Part shown: piece after piece, positions 1 to 11,801 of the stretch
Position numbering within the stretch: the first letter of the stretch is position 1
How the letters are laid out: each line of letters begins with the position of its first letter
Assembly: GCA_001938485.1 (NCBI GenBank)
Contig: MQRK01241122.1
Span: forward strand, 1 to 64,000
Reading direction: 5' to 3'
Source: Girardia tigrina
Taxonomy: Eukaryota
Length of the DNA: 64,000 nucleotides
Made by a program: the position numbers and the translations under genes
The notes under the pieces: generated by a model
Databases searched by the model: none
What the model saw: the letters and a program-made list of their open reading frames with translations, nothing else
Told to the model about the DNA's origin: nothing

Positions 1-494
1 AAATATTATTTTCATCAATATTATTATTAATATCATTTTTGAGTGACTTAAATTTCATTTTTTGAAAGAAATAATAAATTTGAAATTTAAAGTCTATTTT
101 ATTGTATTCATTTGTGATAAGAAGAATTAACTGTCTAACTTCTAAAAAATAATTCAAACAATAAAAACAATTACTTTATCCTTTCAAAATCGAGCAAAAT
201 GTGCAATTATAACTGAAGTTACTTTTTTACTTATTTCATTCAAATGATTTTTTTTAAAGTAGAATTTTCAATTAAAAACTTTTTTAATCCCAAAAAACTA
301 AATATATATTTTTATATACATGAAATCAATCATAATAATTGTTTAGCTATTTATCCCAATGAAAAAAAATTTAAATTTTATGCTTCATCAAAAGCCAATA
401 CATTTTCTTCAATACATAAACAAATATAATTTACGTCTAACAAAATAAATTCCCGCAAATTATATAAAGTGATGTAATTCATAATAAGTTTTAA

Positions 495-604
495 AATACG
501 AACTTACGAACTATACGCTCGTTTAGAAATTGCTAAACGTTTAAACGTCCTAAAAAACGAAAACGTTTAAACGGTCGTTTAAACGCTAAACGTGCCCACC
601 TCTA
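495..604. mobile_element. hAT-type transposon terminus
   Basis: Reverse complement starts TAGAGGTGGGC, followed by multiple TAAACG/CGTTTA subterminal repeats; partner end not seen. Confidence 0.5.
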
Positions 605-999
605 ATTTTGCGTCACCTTGTATATAAATATGGTTTTTGTTCGACAAGTCCTTCTTTCAAGCAAATGTATCATTACATTATATTTTAAATTAAGTACACT
701 TTTTCTTTTTAAAAAAATAAAAGAAAGATAAATAAAGATAAATTTCTGAAGATCTACGAGCTAGACCACATCTGAGAACACATCAATCAAGGGATAAAAA
801 TTTCTTCAAACATGAAGAACAAAGCGAACAATTTCTTGAAATCAGTAAAAAAAATTAAAAACTCAAGAATATTGACTAAAAACGTAAATTACTCAAATAG
901 AGGTCAATGATCGACTCACAAGACATAAGAAACAGTAATAATTAAACAACTCTGTAACCACTTTTAATAATAATAACGATAAGTAATGATTGAAAATTT

Positions 1000-1254
1000 A
1001 GCTATGTTTAGGGCTCATAAAAGTCATATTTTGTCAGAATATTATTGCAGAAAATATAACCTCATTTAGTGTTTGTGCTCTATCAAATTCTCCAAAAATG
1101 ATTTTTATCTGTCTTCTTTTAATGTGAATCTACAAACTTTATATTCACACTGTGTCGCATGAACATTTTTCAAATATAAATATTTTCATAACAAAGAGAT
1201 TTATTTTTGTAAATTAAAAATATTCAAGATTACTTATTCCTCACATCTTCCCCC
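1000..1254 (-). mobile_element. Polypurine tract plus start of a 3' LTR (Gypsy-like)
   Basis: Minus strand reads GGGGGAAGA|TGTGAGGAATA, the same start as the abundant LTR-like family; left boundary approximate. Confidence 0.45.
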
Positions 1255-2974
1255 ATGATTTCTACAAAGAGCAGAAGTCCAATAGTTTTTTTTTTAATAT
1301 AACTTGTTAAGTCCCTAAAAAGCTTATAATTATGAAAATATTAATAAAAAAGTAGATGGATCATGATGGGACGAACATATTACCCCTGTATGTAACAAGT
1401 TGGTCAACACTCGTGTGTTCAATTAACTCGTGAAAAGGGTCTTAACAAACCATCAGAAATTAGTTTTGTTTTTGAAAATGTTCTCACGATACGAGAGAGA
1501 GAACGGCACAGATAAATCTCGATTTCGATTTGTGTTTGTTGTTCAAAGGTTTCAAGGAATGATCTTCTGTTGTAACAATATCGATGGAAACGTCAGAGAA
1601 TCATTTGGTTGCTCAACGAGATTTTGAGAAAATAGATCACATAAAGAGGAGCACTTTCAGGGGGAATATTGATAAATGGGTTTGTAGAAAACTCCTTTAC
1701 GAACCGATTTCACAAGAAAACGCTCTGCAGGCAATATAGTATAATTGTAAACAGTATTAATGATTGTTTTTATCGATCGTTTTTATATATATAATTTTTA
1801 ATATATATATATGTATCATTTTATATATAATTTATATATAATAATTGACTGGGTCACTACAGTTTTCTTCATCGTTTTAATTTACATCGGTTCTTATCCA
1901 TTTTTGATTCAATTTCAGCAAACATTGACATTTTTCTACGAAATATAGTACCACTTATTTGGTTTTATAACTTATTCAAATCTGATGGATTGTGTTGTGG
2001 AGAGTATTATCTGATGGATATCGTTCCAGTGATAATGATTGTTTATACGATCAAGATTCGGATTAAATATGCCAATTATAATTTGAAAATATAATTATTT
2101 GCTTCAGTAATCAAATATAAAATATAATACAAATCCGATAGAGAGTAACGCTAACCTTTATTTATGTTCATTTTAAATAATTGGCTTTCTAACGGGACTA
2201 CAGAAAATTGTTTCTCGTTGTTCTTTTTATCATTTAATAAACTTTCGGAACATTTATTTAGGATAATCATTCAAATAAATAAAATATTAATATTGAAAAA
2301 TGTTTAGAAGACATTTTTTACCAGTTTTCTAAAGTTCAAGATGCTTCCACCTCTCCTTGAAATTATAATGAATGTATGATAAATTCAAAATAAACCCGTA
2401 TCAATTATTTAAAGATTCGAATAATATAGGAGGAGTCAAACAGCTTTGGATAATTAACACATAAATGATGCCGGGGAAAAATAATGTTTATTACGAATAA
2501 AAAAATATTATTGAATTTCTGTTTGGAGAACATAACACTGATATTATTCGAACACATGGTTTTTCGATCTATTTTCCAATTTTCGCAATCAATTTTCGAA
2601 TAAAAATAGAATTTAAAAAATTAAAAAAATGAATAAGGAAATAAAATTATAAAAATTATCATAATTAAAAGTAATAAATAAGTAAATAATTTCCAAAAAT
2701 TTATCTTTGACATAGAATTTTTATTCAAGAATTGCTTCTCTCCTTTCAGCTTTCATGACGTATCTAAGAGTCTTCCAATAATACCTGTGTCAGATTGTGG
2801 GAAAAAATTGGACATAAAAATTGCTTATCAGTACTAGAAGCATTGTTGAAGGGTGGTATAAAGGTTTAGGTCTAAAAGATTTAGGAGTAAGGTGAAATGC
2901 GGGTCAGCAGCTACACAAACATTCATTGTCATCTTCTTAATAAATGATATGTATTTATTGAACCATGTATAATA

Positions 2975-3366
2975 ATTTAGAATATGTTCAGTAATAAATC
3001 GAAAACTCCTTTGAGTTTATGTTCGGATCTTGTGTATAAATTTGAGTGTAATGGGTGCAACGCCACATACATTGGAAAGACAGTCCATCATCTCTGTAAA
3101 CGGGTTCGTGAGCATGGACATCTAAGTGGTAGTAGTAATATTGCTGAACACAAAAAACATTGCAAATCGTCTGTTGAAATAAATAATTTTAAAATTTTAT
3201 GCAGCAATTTCAAAAATAATTGGGAAAGAGTCTCGTGTGAGGCATTAATAATTAAAGCGGTTTATCCAGTAATTAATGTCCAATCAAGTGACTTATCAAC
3301 TTTGTTGAATGTTTTTGCTTGAAACAGTATTTACACAATCGATTACATAATCACCATTTTAACATA
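2975..3366 (+). mobile_element. Penelope-like element 3' fragment (GIY-YIG endonuclease); tail resumes at 5610-5690
   Basis: VYKFECNGCNATYIGKT..KRVREH..EALII..INVQ; tail is homologous to 52500-52620. Confidence 0.88.
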
Positions 3367-5609
3367 CAGTGGACTCCATATATATCGAATGTACGGATAT
3401 ATCGAAGATATGTTATTGTACCGACTAAATATCAGGGCTTTTTCGAACAAAAAACTATGCTTATAACAAACTATGGCTTTATCGAAATTACGGATAAATC
3501 GAAGTTACTGTAATGTACGAATGAAATTTTACTATTCGTATATCGAAGTCAATACACTTTAAAAAATTAAAAAAAAGCAATTTTGTTATAACTTCGTTGA
3601 TTGTTTTAATGTATAAAATTACAAAATATTTGTGAAACTGTTTTCAAAAATATAACATTATGTGACTTCATCTTCTCTCGAAAAACGCAAATCAAACGTA
3701 TTTATTGGGAATCATCATCCCAATAAATTGATTGAAAAATAAAAGTAAATTTATTTTCAAATATTCGTCTGAAAAATAAAACAGTGCAACGCAAAATGTT
3801 GTCATTTAATATTTTTATAATTTAATAAATAGTAAAATTAAAAGTTAATATCAAAAGTAGTATTTTTACTTAATTAATATTTGGTTAACTTTTCATTATT
3901 TTTTATAACTTCTGAATTTCTTTTTGGAATGGAATCAATCAAGTTTCAAATAATTTCTTGATCAAAATTTTTCTATTCATCCAAAATTATTTCTTTCAAA
4001 TTTCGGATATTTTTAGGGGATCTTTTTTCAACCTTTTTTTAAAGTTCCCATAGATTTTCAATTGGGTTCAGATCTGGTGAGTTCGGAGGCTATTCTAGAA
4101 CTTTATTATTTTTTGATTCTAAAAATGCTTTTTAAAATTTGGATATATTACAAGGCACATTATCTTGTTGAAATAAACACTTTAGTTTTGAGTTTTTTTT
4201 GAGAAATGATATTTTATCAGCTCAACATATTTTTCAGAGTCGAGATTGCCATTATAAAACAAAATTAATGGATCCCCAAAACATAATTTTAGTACATTAT
4301 TTCAATTTTTTCGAAATCTGAGGTTTCTCTTTTTTGATCTTGAGGGTATTCCCGAATAATTGGCAAGTTGATTAGTAGGAAAATATTACAGATTTCTAAT
4401 CTGTTTTTTCATTTTCCAATGCCATTTTTAATCTTTTTTTTAAAATTTTTATTATTATTTCTTTTTTTATTATTTAAAAAGGAGGATTCTTTTTTCTTGC
4501 CATTTTCGTACTTAAGTCTTTTTAACGATCGTCAAACGGTATCTCGAGAGACTTCTTAATTTCTTGAGTTTTTTAAATTTTCGGTTATTTCTGAAGCTGT
4601 TATTGTTGGTTTTCTTCTTAGAAATAGGTCGATTGCAACATTATCGATCTTTATAATTTCTTTTGGACGACCAATCTCATTAATTTCTTCTAAAGGAATA
4701 TTATTTTTCCATTTCTTTGTAATAAGGCTTGATAGTACTTGTTGGAATATTTGTTTTTCTTAAAAGTTCGGCGAAGTTTAGAGTTTTTTGCATAAAATAC
4801 GGATAGAAGCCAGAGAAAGAACAATTCAATCATGCTGGAAGAAATGAGGAATTTAGAAGGTTCCGGAAATCCCTAATGATGATGTGGAAGATATCTCATA
4901 TGATTATCCTGACGTTGAGATCATTTTACAGTAGTTGAAGAGTTTGTTGGAGATACCGAATGATGTTCTTCCAGAAAAGTACTTCTCTGCAGATGACAAC
5001 ATTGAAATATCTAGACTGTTAAGTGATAATGATATCTTTTCCTCTTTGGTGAGAGGATCTCTGAGTGAGCCCTGGACTCTGAGTTAGACAGTGAGGAAGA
5101 AAAAAACACTCCAGCAGTAACTCAAGCAACTTCCAGAGATTATCTTGAAGCCATAAAAAAGTACGAATCTTGTTCCAGTGCCAAGAAAAAGACTTCTCTG
5201 ACCAACTGAAAGCTTTGAATAATATCGAAACAATCATTCAACAAGCAGTATTTGAAAAAAAAACAATACAAAAATTATTTTCCCTACTTGTGATCGTATT
5301 AAAATGTTATTCACATTGCTTTAGAGATCACAGTCTAATAATGTTTATTAATAAGGTCTTCTGCATTATTCATTGTTTATTATGTATATTAAAAAAGCTT
5401 TTTCAGCAAAGATTGTTTAATTAAAAATGATATTGTAAAATTTATTTTATAAAATTTATCACTGAGGATTGTCCTTTTATCATTATCACAATGGTTGATA
5501 AATTGCTGCGTCTTAGGTAATTGAAGGTGACGCTATGGCTATATCGAACTACGGCTATATCGAAATTTTTATTTGGAAAACAGCACTTCGATATATTCGG
5601 AGTCCACTG
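3367..5609 (+). mobile_element. pogo/Tigger-like DNA transposon, decayed
   Basis: TIRs CAGTGGACTCC(AT/GA)ATATATCGAA with TA on both sides; TATATCGAA subterminal repeats; acidic Tigger-like C-terminal remnants at 4800-5260. Confidence 0.8.
3782..4790 (-). mobile_element. Tc1-like (DD34E) transposase remnant nested in the pogo element
   Basis: Minus-strand QQDNVPC and LE*PPNSPDLNPIENLW (4045-4175); CAGTG terminus at 3782; right boundary approximate. Confidence 0.75.
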
Positions 5610-5635
5610 TATATAAGCTTAACAGCTACAATCAG

Positions 5636-5680
5636 AATCGCCTGATGATGACTGATATTCCGTCGAAATATAATGCATCA
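5636..5680 (+). ncRNA. Minimal type I hammerhead ribozyme motif (Penelope tail)
   Basis: CTGATGA-T-GAC-loop-GTC-GAAA-TATA; cleavage site degenerate (AT instead of TH). Confidence 0.6.
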
Positions 5681-7183
5681 ATAAAAAATTTTATTTTAAA
5701 ATGTCATCTTCTAATTAAAAAAAAACTGCCATTGTTTTTTTTAAATTTATCATGCATAATAATATTTATTCTATAATATTTATTTATTATTTTTATATAA
5801 TTGAAAATTTGATAATTAAAATACAGCCGTATTTTTCTAAAACTGTATGAAATTTGTTAAAATATCATCAAACCATATTGGGATCTTTCTTAACGGATTT
5901 TTAGTGAGATATGTTTAACAAACACTTCAAGAAGCAGCACTAACGCAACATCATCCGTTTAAGCGGTCCCGTGCATATAATGAAAAAGGTTCTGTGTGTA
6001 ATATCAGTGTGGTACCGACTGCTGAACCGAGTGGCGGCAACCATCATCTCTTAATTGTGCGGGAAATTGTCGCTGGCGGACATGATCGGTCGGTTCCAGT
6101 GTCCAACAGTCGATACACGGGCGCGCGTCGGCGCTGCAAATGGCTCGCCGAAGTGTGTTGGTCCTGTCGGCGGCGTCGCATCGGTCAGTGGTCCACTCGA
6201 TGCGTCCAAGTGGGTTGTCCGGATGCCGATTCGCTGAACAATGCGGTGACAGCTCTGGTACGCTCGCTTTCATTCGATTACAATTTAAAAAATTAAAAAA
6301 GTAAGAAATCGGAAGAATTTATTTTTAACGACATTTTTACCACATTTGAATTTCCCTCGTTTTAAAAATTTTAATTTAATTTATTTAAACAAGTCAGTTT
6401 TTTTGTTTGCTATCGATTATCGGATCCATACAATCAGCTTTTGATGAATATTTACTTTTTTGAAGGAAATTTTCCATTTACTTGACTAATTGGTATTCTA
6501 TGTGAATTTGTTCGTAAATGTTGTAGAATAAACGCGCTTGATTGACGTTTAAATACGATCCAATTCTGGCTTGGGATGAATTGTCAAGGAGGCAGTTTGT
6601 TTACGGACAAGTTGGTTAGTATTGAATAGACTGTGGGTGAATTTGTAGGGGGTTAGATTGTTGATACGTGAGTTCATTGGTATCCGAAATCGGTATAGGT
6701 ACTTGATACTAAAAACAGACTTAGTGTTTTACATTCATAGACTAATAATTTAATTATCTGATTCATACATATTTGAAATTGATAATTTTTAGACTCCGAC
6801 AAAGCCTGACTTGGACAATTATGTATATTCCCATGATAAAAATCAACCTCAGAGAAAAAAAATCTTTACAGTAGCCATGGGAAATAGTAAAAAATTGGTG
6901 AAGCTTAATACCATTACTGTACTTAATGGGTTCATAATCTGTTAATGTTCAAAGGTTACTAAAATAATCGGAATGTTAAATTCCAACGATGATTCTATCA
7001 AAATTGTTGACAGGGTTATTAATAATTATAAATATATTTATTTATGATATTAATAAATATCTATTATATATTATAAATTCGTTAGTTAATAGTTATAAAT
7101 TCCTTGACAAAAATGATAAATGACATAAAAGCGATCAAAATCTAAATAATATTATTAATAAAAAAAATTTTTTATAAAAACAA

Positions 7184-8025
7184 CCACGTTTTTCAAGAAT
7201 TACCAATGCACTAAAAAGAGGAAAATAATTTTTTTCTAGACATGTGCGAAATTTTATACCTAACCAAAAACGTGGGGCGGATTTCTGAATNNNNNNNNNN
7301 NNNNNNNNNNNNNNNNNNNNNNNNNNNNNNNNNNNNNNNNNNNNNNNNNNNNNNNNNNNNNNNNNNNNNNNNNNNNNNNNNNNNNNNNNNNNNNNNNNNN
7401 NNNNNNNNNNNNNNNNNNNNNNNNNNNNNNNNNNNNNNNNNNNNNNNNNNNNNNNNNNNNNNNNNNNNNNNNNNNNNNNNNNNNNNNNNNNNNNNNNNNN
7501 NNNNNNNNNNNNNNNNNNNNNNNNNNNNNNNNNNNNNNNNNNNNNNNNNNNNNNNNNNNNNNNNNNNNNNNNNNNNNNNNNNNNNNNNNNNNNNNNNNNN
7601 NNNNNNNNNNNNNNNNNNNNNNNNNNNNNNNNNNNNNNNNNNNNNNNNNNNNNNNNNNNNNNNNNNNNNNNNNNNNNNNNNNNNNNNNNNNNNNNNNNNN
7701 NNNNNNNNNNNNNNNNNNNNNNNNNNNNNNNNNNNNNNNNNNNNNNNNNNNNNNNNNNNNNNNNNNNNNNNNNNNNNNNNNNNNNNNNNNNNNNNNNNNN
7801 NNNNNNNNNNNNNNNNNNNNNNNNNNNNNNNNNNNNNNNNNNNNNNNNNNNNNNNNNNNNNNNNNNNNNNNNNNNNNNNNNNNNNNNNNNNNNNNNNNNN
7901 NNNNNNNAAACAGACAAACAGACAAACAGACAAACAGACAAACAGACAAACAGACAAACAGACAAACAGACAAACAGACAAACAGACAAACAGACAAGAA
8001 AGCAAGCTAATAAAAACGTGGTAAA
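7184..8025 (+). mobile_element. Microsatellite-bearing non-autonomous element (Helentron/DINE-1-like), spans a gap
   Basis: CCACGTTTT...AAAACGTGG inverted motifs; (CAGA)-type repeat just before GCAAGCTAATAAAAACGTGGTAA; same end at 12935-12985. Confidence 0.45.
7908..7996. repeat. (AAACAGAC)n tandem repeat
   Basis: About 11 perfect 8-mers abutting an N gap. Confidence 0.95.
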
Positions 8026-8072
8026 AAATACATTACTTATATTTAATTAAAAAAACGAACTACTAAAGACCA

Positions 8073-10010
8073 TGTGAGACATTATTCTCCGTTATTTTAA
8101 TTCACCGAACCCGGTGATAGTTTTTGTTTCAAATATATCTTTTGCATCATCTGCCGATTGTTTCATACAAGCTATCGCGGCCAAAAAGAATCACTCCAGA
8201 GATGAAAATTCTCTTGGTGGCTGGATCGATTGGTGGGACCACAGGGGCTACAATGCTGGTACGCGCGATCTTCTTAAGGTGAGAAGACGCTTTTGGATTC
8301 AGCGGAATCAGAATAGACGCCAACTCGATCGATTTCCGGCGTGGAGAGATTATGGTGGTCGGGAGTGTGGTGGCCGGTCTGAGGGAGATGTCGTTGCGCC
8401 GGTGGCGGTGCCAAAGGAAATTGCCAGAAAGAGCCAATTTTTAGGAGCACGATCGATGGGTCGGCGGTTTGATCTTCAAGGATCGGGATGTACTGCGATC
8501 AGGGACGCCAGTACGCTCCGTGGTGGGGTTTGATCGCGGATGTATCTCGCCGTGTTTTGCAAGAGCAGACAGGGACGCGAGGTTCGAGATCCAGGATGCG
8601 TAATTAATGTTCTAGGAGAGGATCTCGAGGGATATTCGTGCTGGTGGCCCAGAGCGTGGACGGAGGGGCGTTTATGGTGCTACCACTTGATCGGCTGGAA
8701 CTCGGGCTACGGTGGCGCGCAGTGAAAGCGACCAGGATTGACGACAGCGGATCATGTTCAGGGACGAGACTCACATAAAAAAGATTGAGGACGCTTAGCT
8801 GCACGATTTTGGATGGGAGCAGGTGATCAAGAGTCGGGTTGCTTGAACGCTCAGATGATTGAAAGACGGGTTGCGAGGACAATAACCGATCGAGAAGCAA
8901 ATCGCAAGATGCGCGGGAGATTGAAAAGCGGGTTGCAGGCGATCGAGAAGCGGGTAGCGGGGATTTGAGAGGATAATCAAGGGCACCAATCCCATCAATT
9001 TCTGACGGGGAGTTGTGATAGTGATCGGTAGCGTGGTGGCGAGCCAGAGAGCGATGTCGAAACCGGTGGCGACACCCAAGTGCATCGCACATGTGGCGGC
9101 TATTTCAGTGAATGGGAACCGATCGATCGGTGATTTCATCAAGGAGGTGATGAAAAAGGTCGGGAGTGAAAATCAAGGTCAAGTCGACGACGAGATACGC
9201 TCGAAAATGGAGGGAGCCAAGGGCTCATCTTTGAGCATATCGATCAAGTGAGTTCGCTGGATGAGATGGAGCCGCTGCTGGAGAAGTGGATGGACAAGTG
9301 AGTGGATTTAGTGTGCGAGATCGACGGGGAGCAACCTTGGATGAATCTGGTGGTGGTGGTGAGCGCGCTACTGGACCGAGCGGAGAAACTGCTGCGAGTT
9401 GGCGGTATTGTCGAAAATCGAGAGACTGGGGCAATTGATTTTTGTGACTAGCGCGAGAGCCGAGTTGGAAACAGGCCGAATTCGGCAACTCGGAACGCGG
9501 TCTAAGGACCGCAATTTGATTTTACCTTTACCAATGGACTTAAGCGATTAATGGGTTTAATGTGGAAGGCCAGGATCGGGCAGCACTCGGAAATTCCCTT
9601 TGTGGTCTAATGACTGCAGTTGGATTTTGACGATGTACCGCAATGGCTGGATTGAATGTCGAGGGTCGGGACAGGGTCGAATCCGGTGACTTGCGGTGAG
9701 GTCTATGGGCCGCAAATTTAATTGGCTTACCCCTTTGCTAATACAATGAACATGCCATGATGGCAGGGGAACATGTGAGATATTTTTTACGACACGACTC
9801 GAATAAATAACCTGAAGGAAACCCTTCTTCTCATCCAGCGCCCAGTACGTCCGAAACCATTAGTGAGAGTTTGTAGGGATAGTCAAACTCGACTATCCCC
9901 CTTATTTGCAAATTGGTCCCGAGCACACCGGGTGCCAGACGTGAGGAGAGCTCCCTAGGCTTCGACCTTGCGATCCCTTTCCATTCGATCCCAGCCAGTG
10001 AAAAAGCCTT
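8073..10010. other. GC-rich island with a decayed minus-strand ORF and a PPT/LTR-like junction at 9774; probable retroelement accessory region
   Basis: GC content far above the flanks; internal duplications; GGCAGGGGAACA|TGTGAGATATT at 9762-9784. Confidence 0.4.
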
Positions 10011-10057
10011 TGAAATCTTTTAAGAAGTCAAAAAAATGAATAAGTTTAATTAGTTAA

Positions 10058-10273
10058 CACATTGTAATCGGATCACGTATTAATACGTTTTAGCAAATTA
10101 ATGGTAGAGAGCGGATCACGTATTTATACGTTTTTGATAGATTGTTAGTGGAGCGCGGGTTACTTTAAAATACGGTTCAATTTTTCAAGAGGTCTACGTT
10201 AGTGCGAAATTACGCGAAAAATCACCCGTTACCAGCACTAATACGCGGCCGAAAACTACCCGATCACAATGTG
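10058..10273. mobile_element. piggyBac-type MITE
   Basis: TTAA on both sides; 14-bp TIRs CACATTGT(A/G)ATCGG; internal repeat GGATCACGTATT(A/T)ATACGTTTT. Confidence 0.85.
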
Positions 10274-10609
10274 TTAATTAAAAAGATTTTACCTGTGATG
10301 ATTCAAAATGAATCAGATAAATATCTGCAAACAGCAGGCCGGATAAAGGAAGGCGCCTAGTTGAAGGATGTCGTCCGTGCATCATAACTGCAAATAGAAT
10401 TAGCTAATCTAAACATACGTGCTGAAATATAAACAATTATCTTGATTGCAGAAGTAGAACGTTTCATTCATCCGTTAATTTGTTCGAAAGCTTCCATCTA
10501 TGCAGTTGCCGATAATGAGATTACGTGTCTAAAACGAAAATAAAAATCTCTGCAGTTTGAAACATGAAATAAACAAACCATGACATGAATATTTATAAAA
10601 AGATAAAAT

Positions 10610-10992
10610 AAATTATTTTGAATACATGTGAGTCGGTCGACCCGATTAAAGAGGAGTAAGATTAGTCACAACATTTGCCATTAATTTATGGAATGTATAT
10701 CAAATCGAAATTCATAGACTTCCACATACTAATAATGCAATTGAAGGTTGTTATAATAGCTTTTCGAGTATGATAAATGCAACCCATTCAAATATTTGTA
10801 AATTTATTACAGCTTTGTAAAAGGAATAAAGTTTAGGTCGATTAAAAATTGAACAAAATTATAATGGAGCATGAAAAAAAATTACGAAAAAATATAATGA
10901 CATCGCCAAAAGAATTCAAAGAATTGTTCAAGATTATCGAAATCTAACAATGCTAGAATATTGACGCTCACAATTTTCAATTTCAAATCTAA
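10610..10992 (+). mobile_element. MULE/Mutator transposase C-terminal remnant
   Basis: NYFEYM*VGR..FAINLWNVY..LPHTNNAIEGCYNSF..HSNICKFITAL*KE, with stops. Confidence 0.75.
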
Positions 10993-11801
10993 TTGAAATA
11001 TTCAGCATATGATATTTCTATACTATTAAATGTTGTTTTATTTTTTGTTTGTCTTTCCAATAGAAACATGATACAATTAATAGAATGATACATAATACTT
11101 AAAAGAACATAATGTAAAAGGCAATCACCAATAAAGATATGATAAACAAACAACTTAAGCATTTACAAATATTAAAAATAAAATTCTTAAAAATTATTAA
11201 AAAAATTATTAATATTATAAATTTATTAAGTTTAGTTTATTCATGCATCGAATTATCGTAATACTGAACAGTCACTGCGCTTTTTAATTTTAAAAGCTAA
11301 ATATTTGTTGGACAACCTTGTTTTAAGTTTTTGTTAAGTAAAACAATATTTAATCCAATTTAATTATAAAATTTTAATCATTATAGTCATTTAAAATACT
11401 AAAAAGTATTTATATTATTATTTAATCATTTAAATAATAATATTATTACAAATAATTACATGTATAAAAAGAGCTTTTTATATTACCACGTTTTTAACAA
11501 TAAATTTTTTCCACTATATTGTCCTTAAAATTTCAGTTTTCTTTTTTAAAATATTTAATCACTATATTCTCACAAACAAACACAAAATACATAAATTTTT
11601 ATGAAATATTTAAATAATTTAGTTATCAACTGTTTACATTAACTATTAAAATCCCTATACTTTCAACAACGCCATTTATCGATGTTGTTCTTCAATTCCT
11701 ATATATTTAAATTGACCGGTATTAGCGTTAACTAGAATTGATAAAATAAAATGATGAATTAAAATTAATTTATATCGTAAGATATAATCTGATTTGAGCT
11801 A

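Noticed and set aside
2751-2890. Candidate exon FHDVSKSLPIIPVSDC... with plausible splice sites (another at ~40387)
   Set aside because: No recognisable domain; such sites are common by chance in AT-rich DNA.
7135-8024. Long ORFs with X runs and (SVCLFVCL)n
   Set aside because: Artefact of the N gap plus 8-mer repeat; the same applies to 21380-22375, 15211-15448 and 27769-28026.
8073-8095. TGTGAGAC as the 5' LTR partner of 9774
   Set aside because: Similarity lasts under 20 nt; not an LTR pair.
9755-9780. Resemblance of TGGCAGGGGA to U1 snRNA
   Set aside because: Only about 10 nt; no ACTTACC 5' end or U1 fold; better explained as a PPT.
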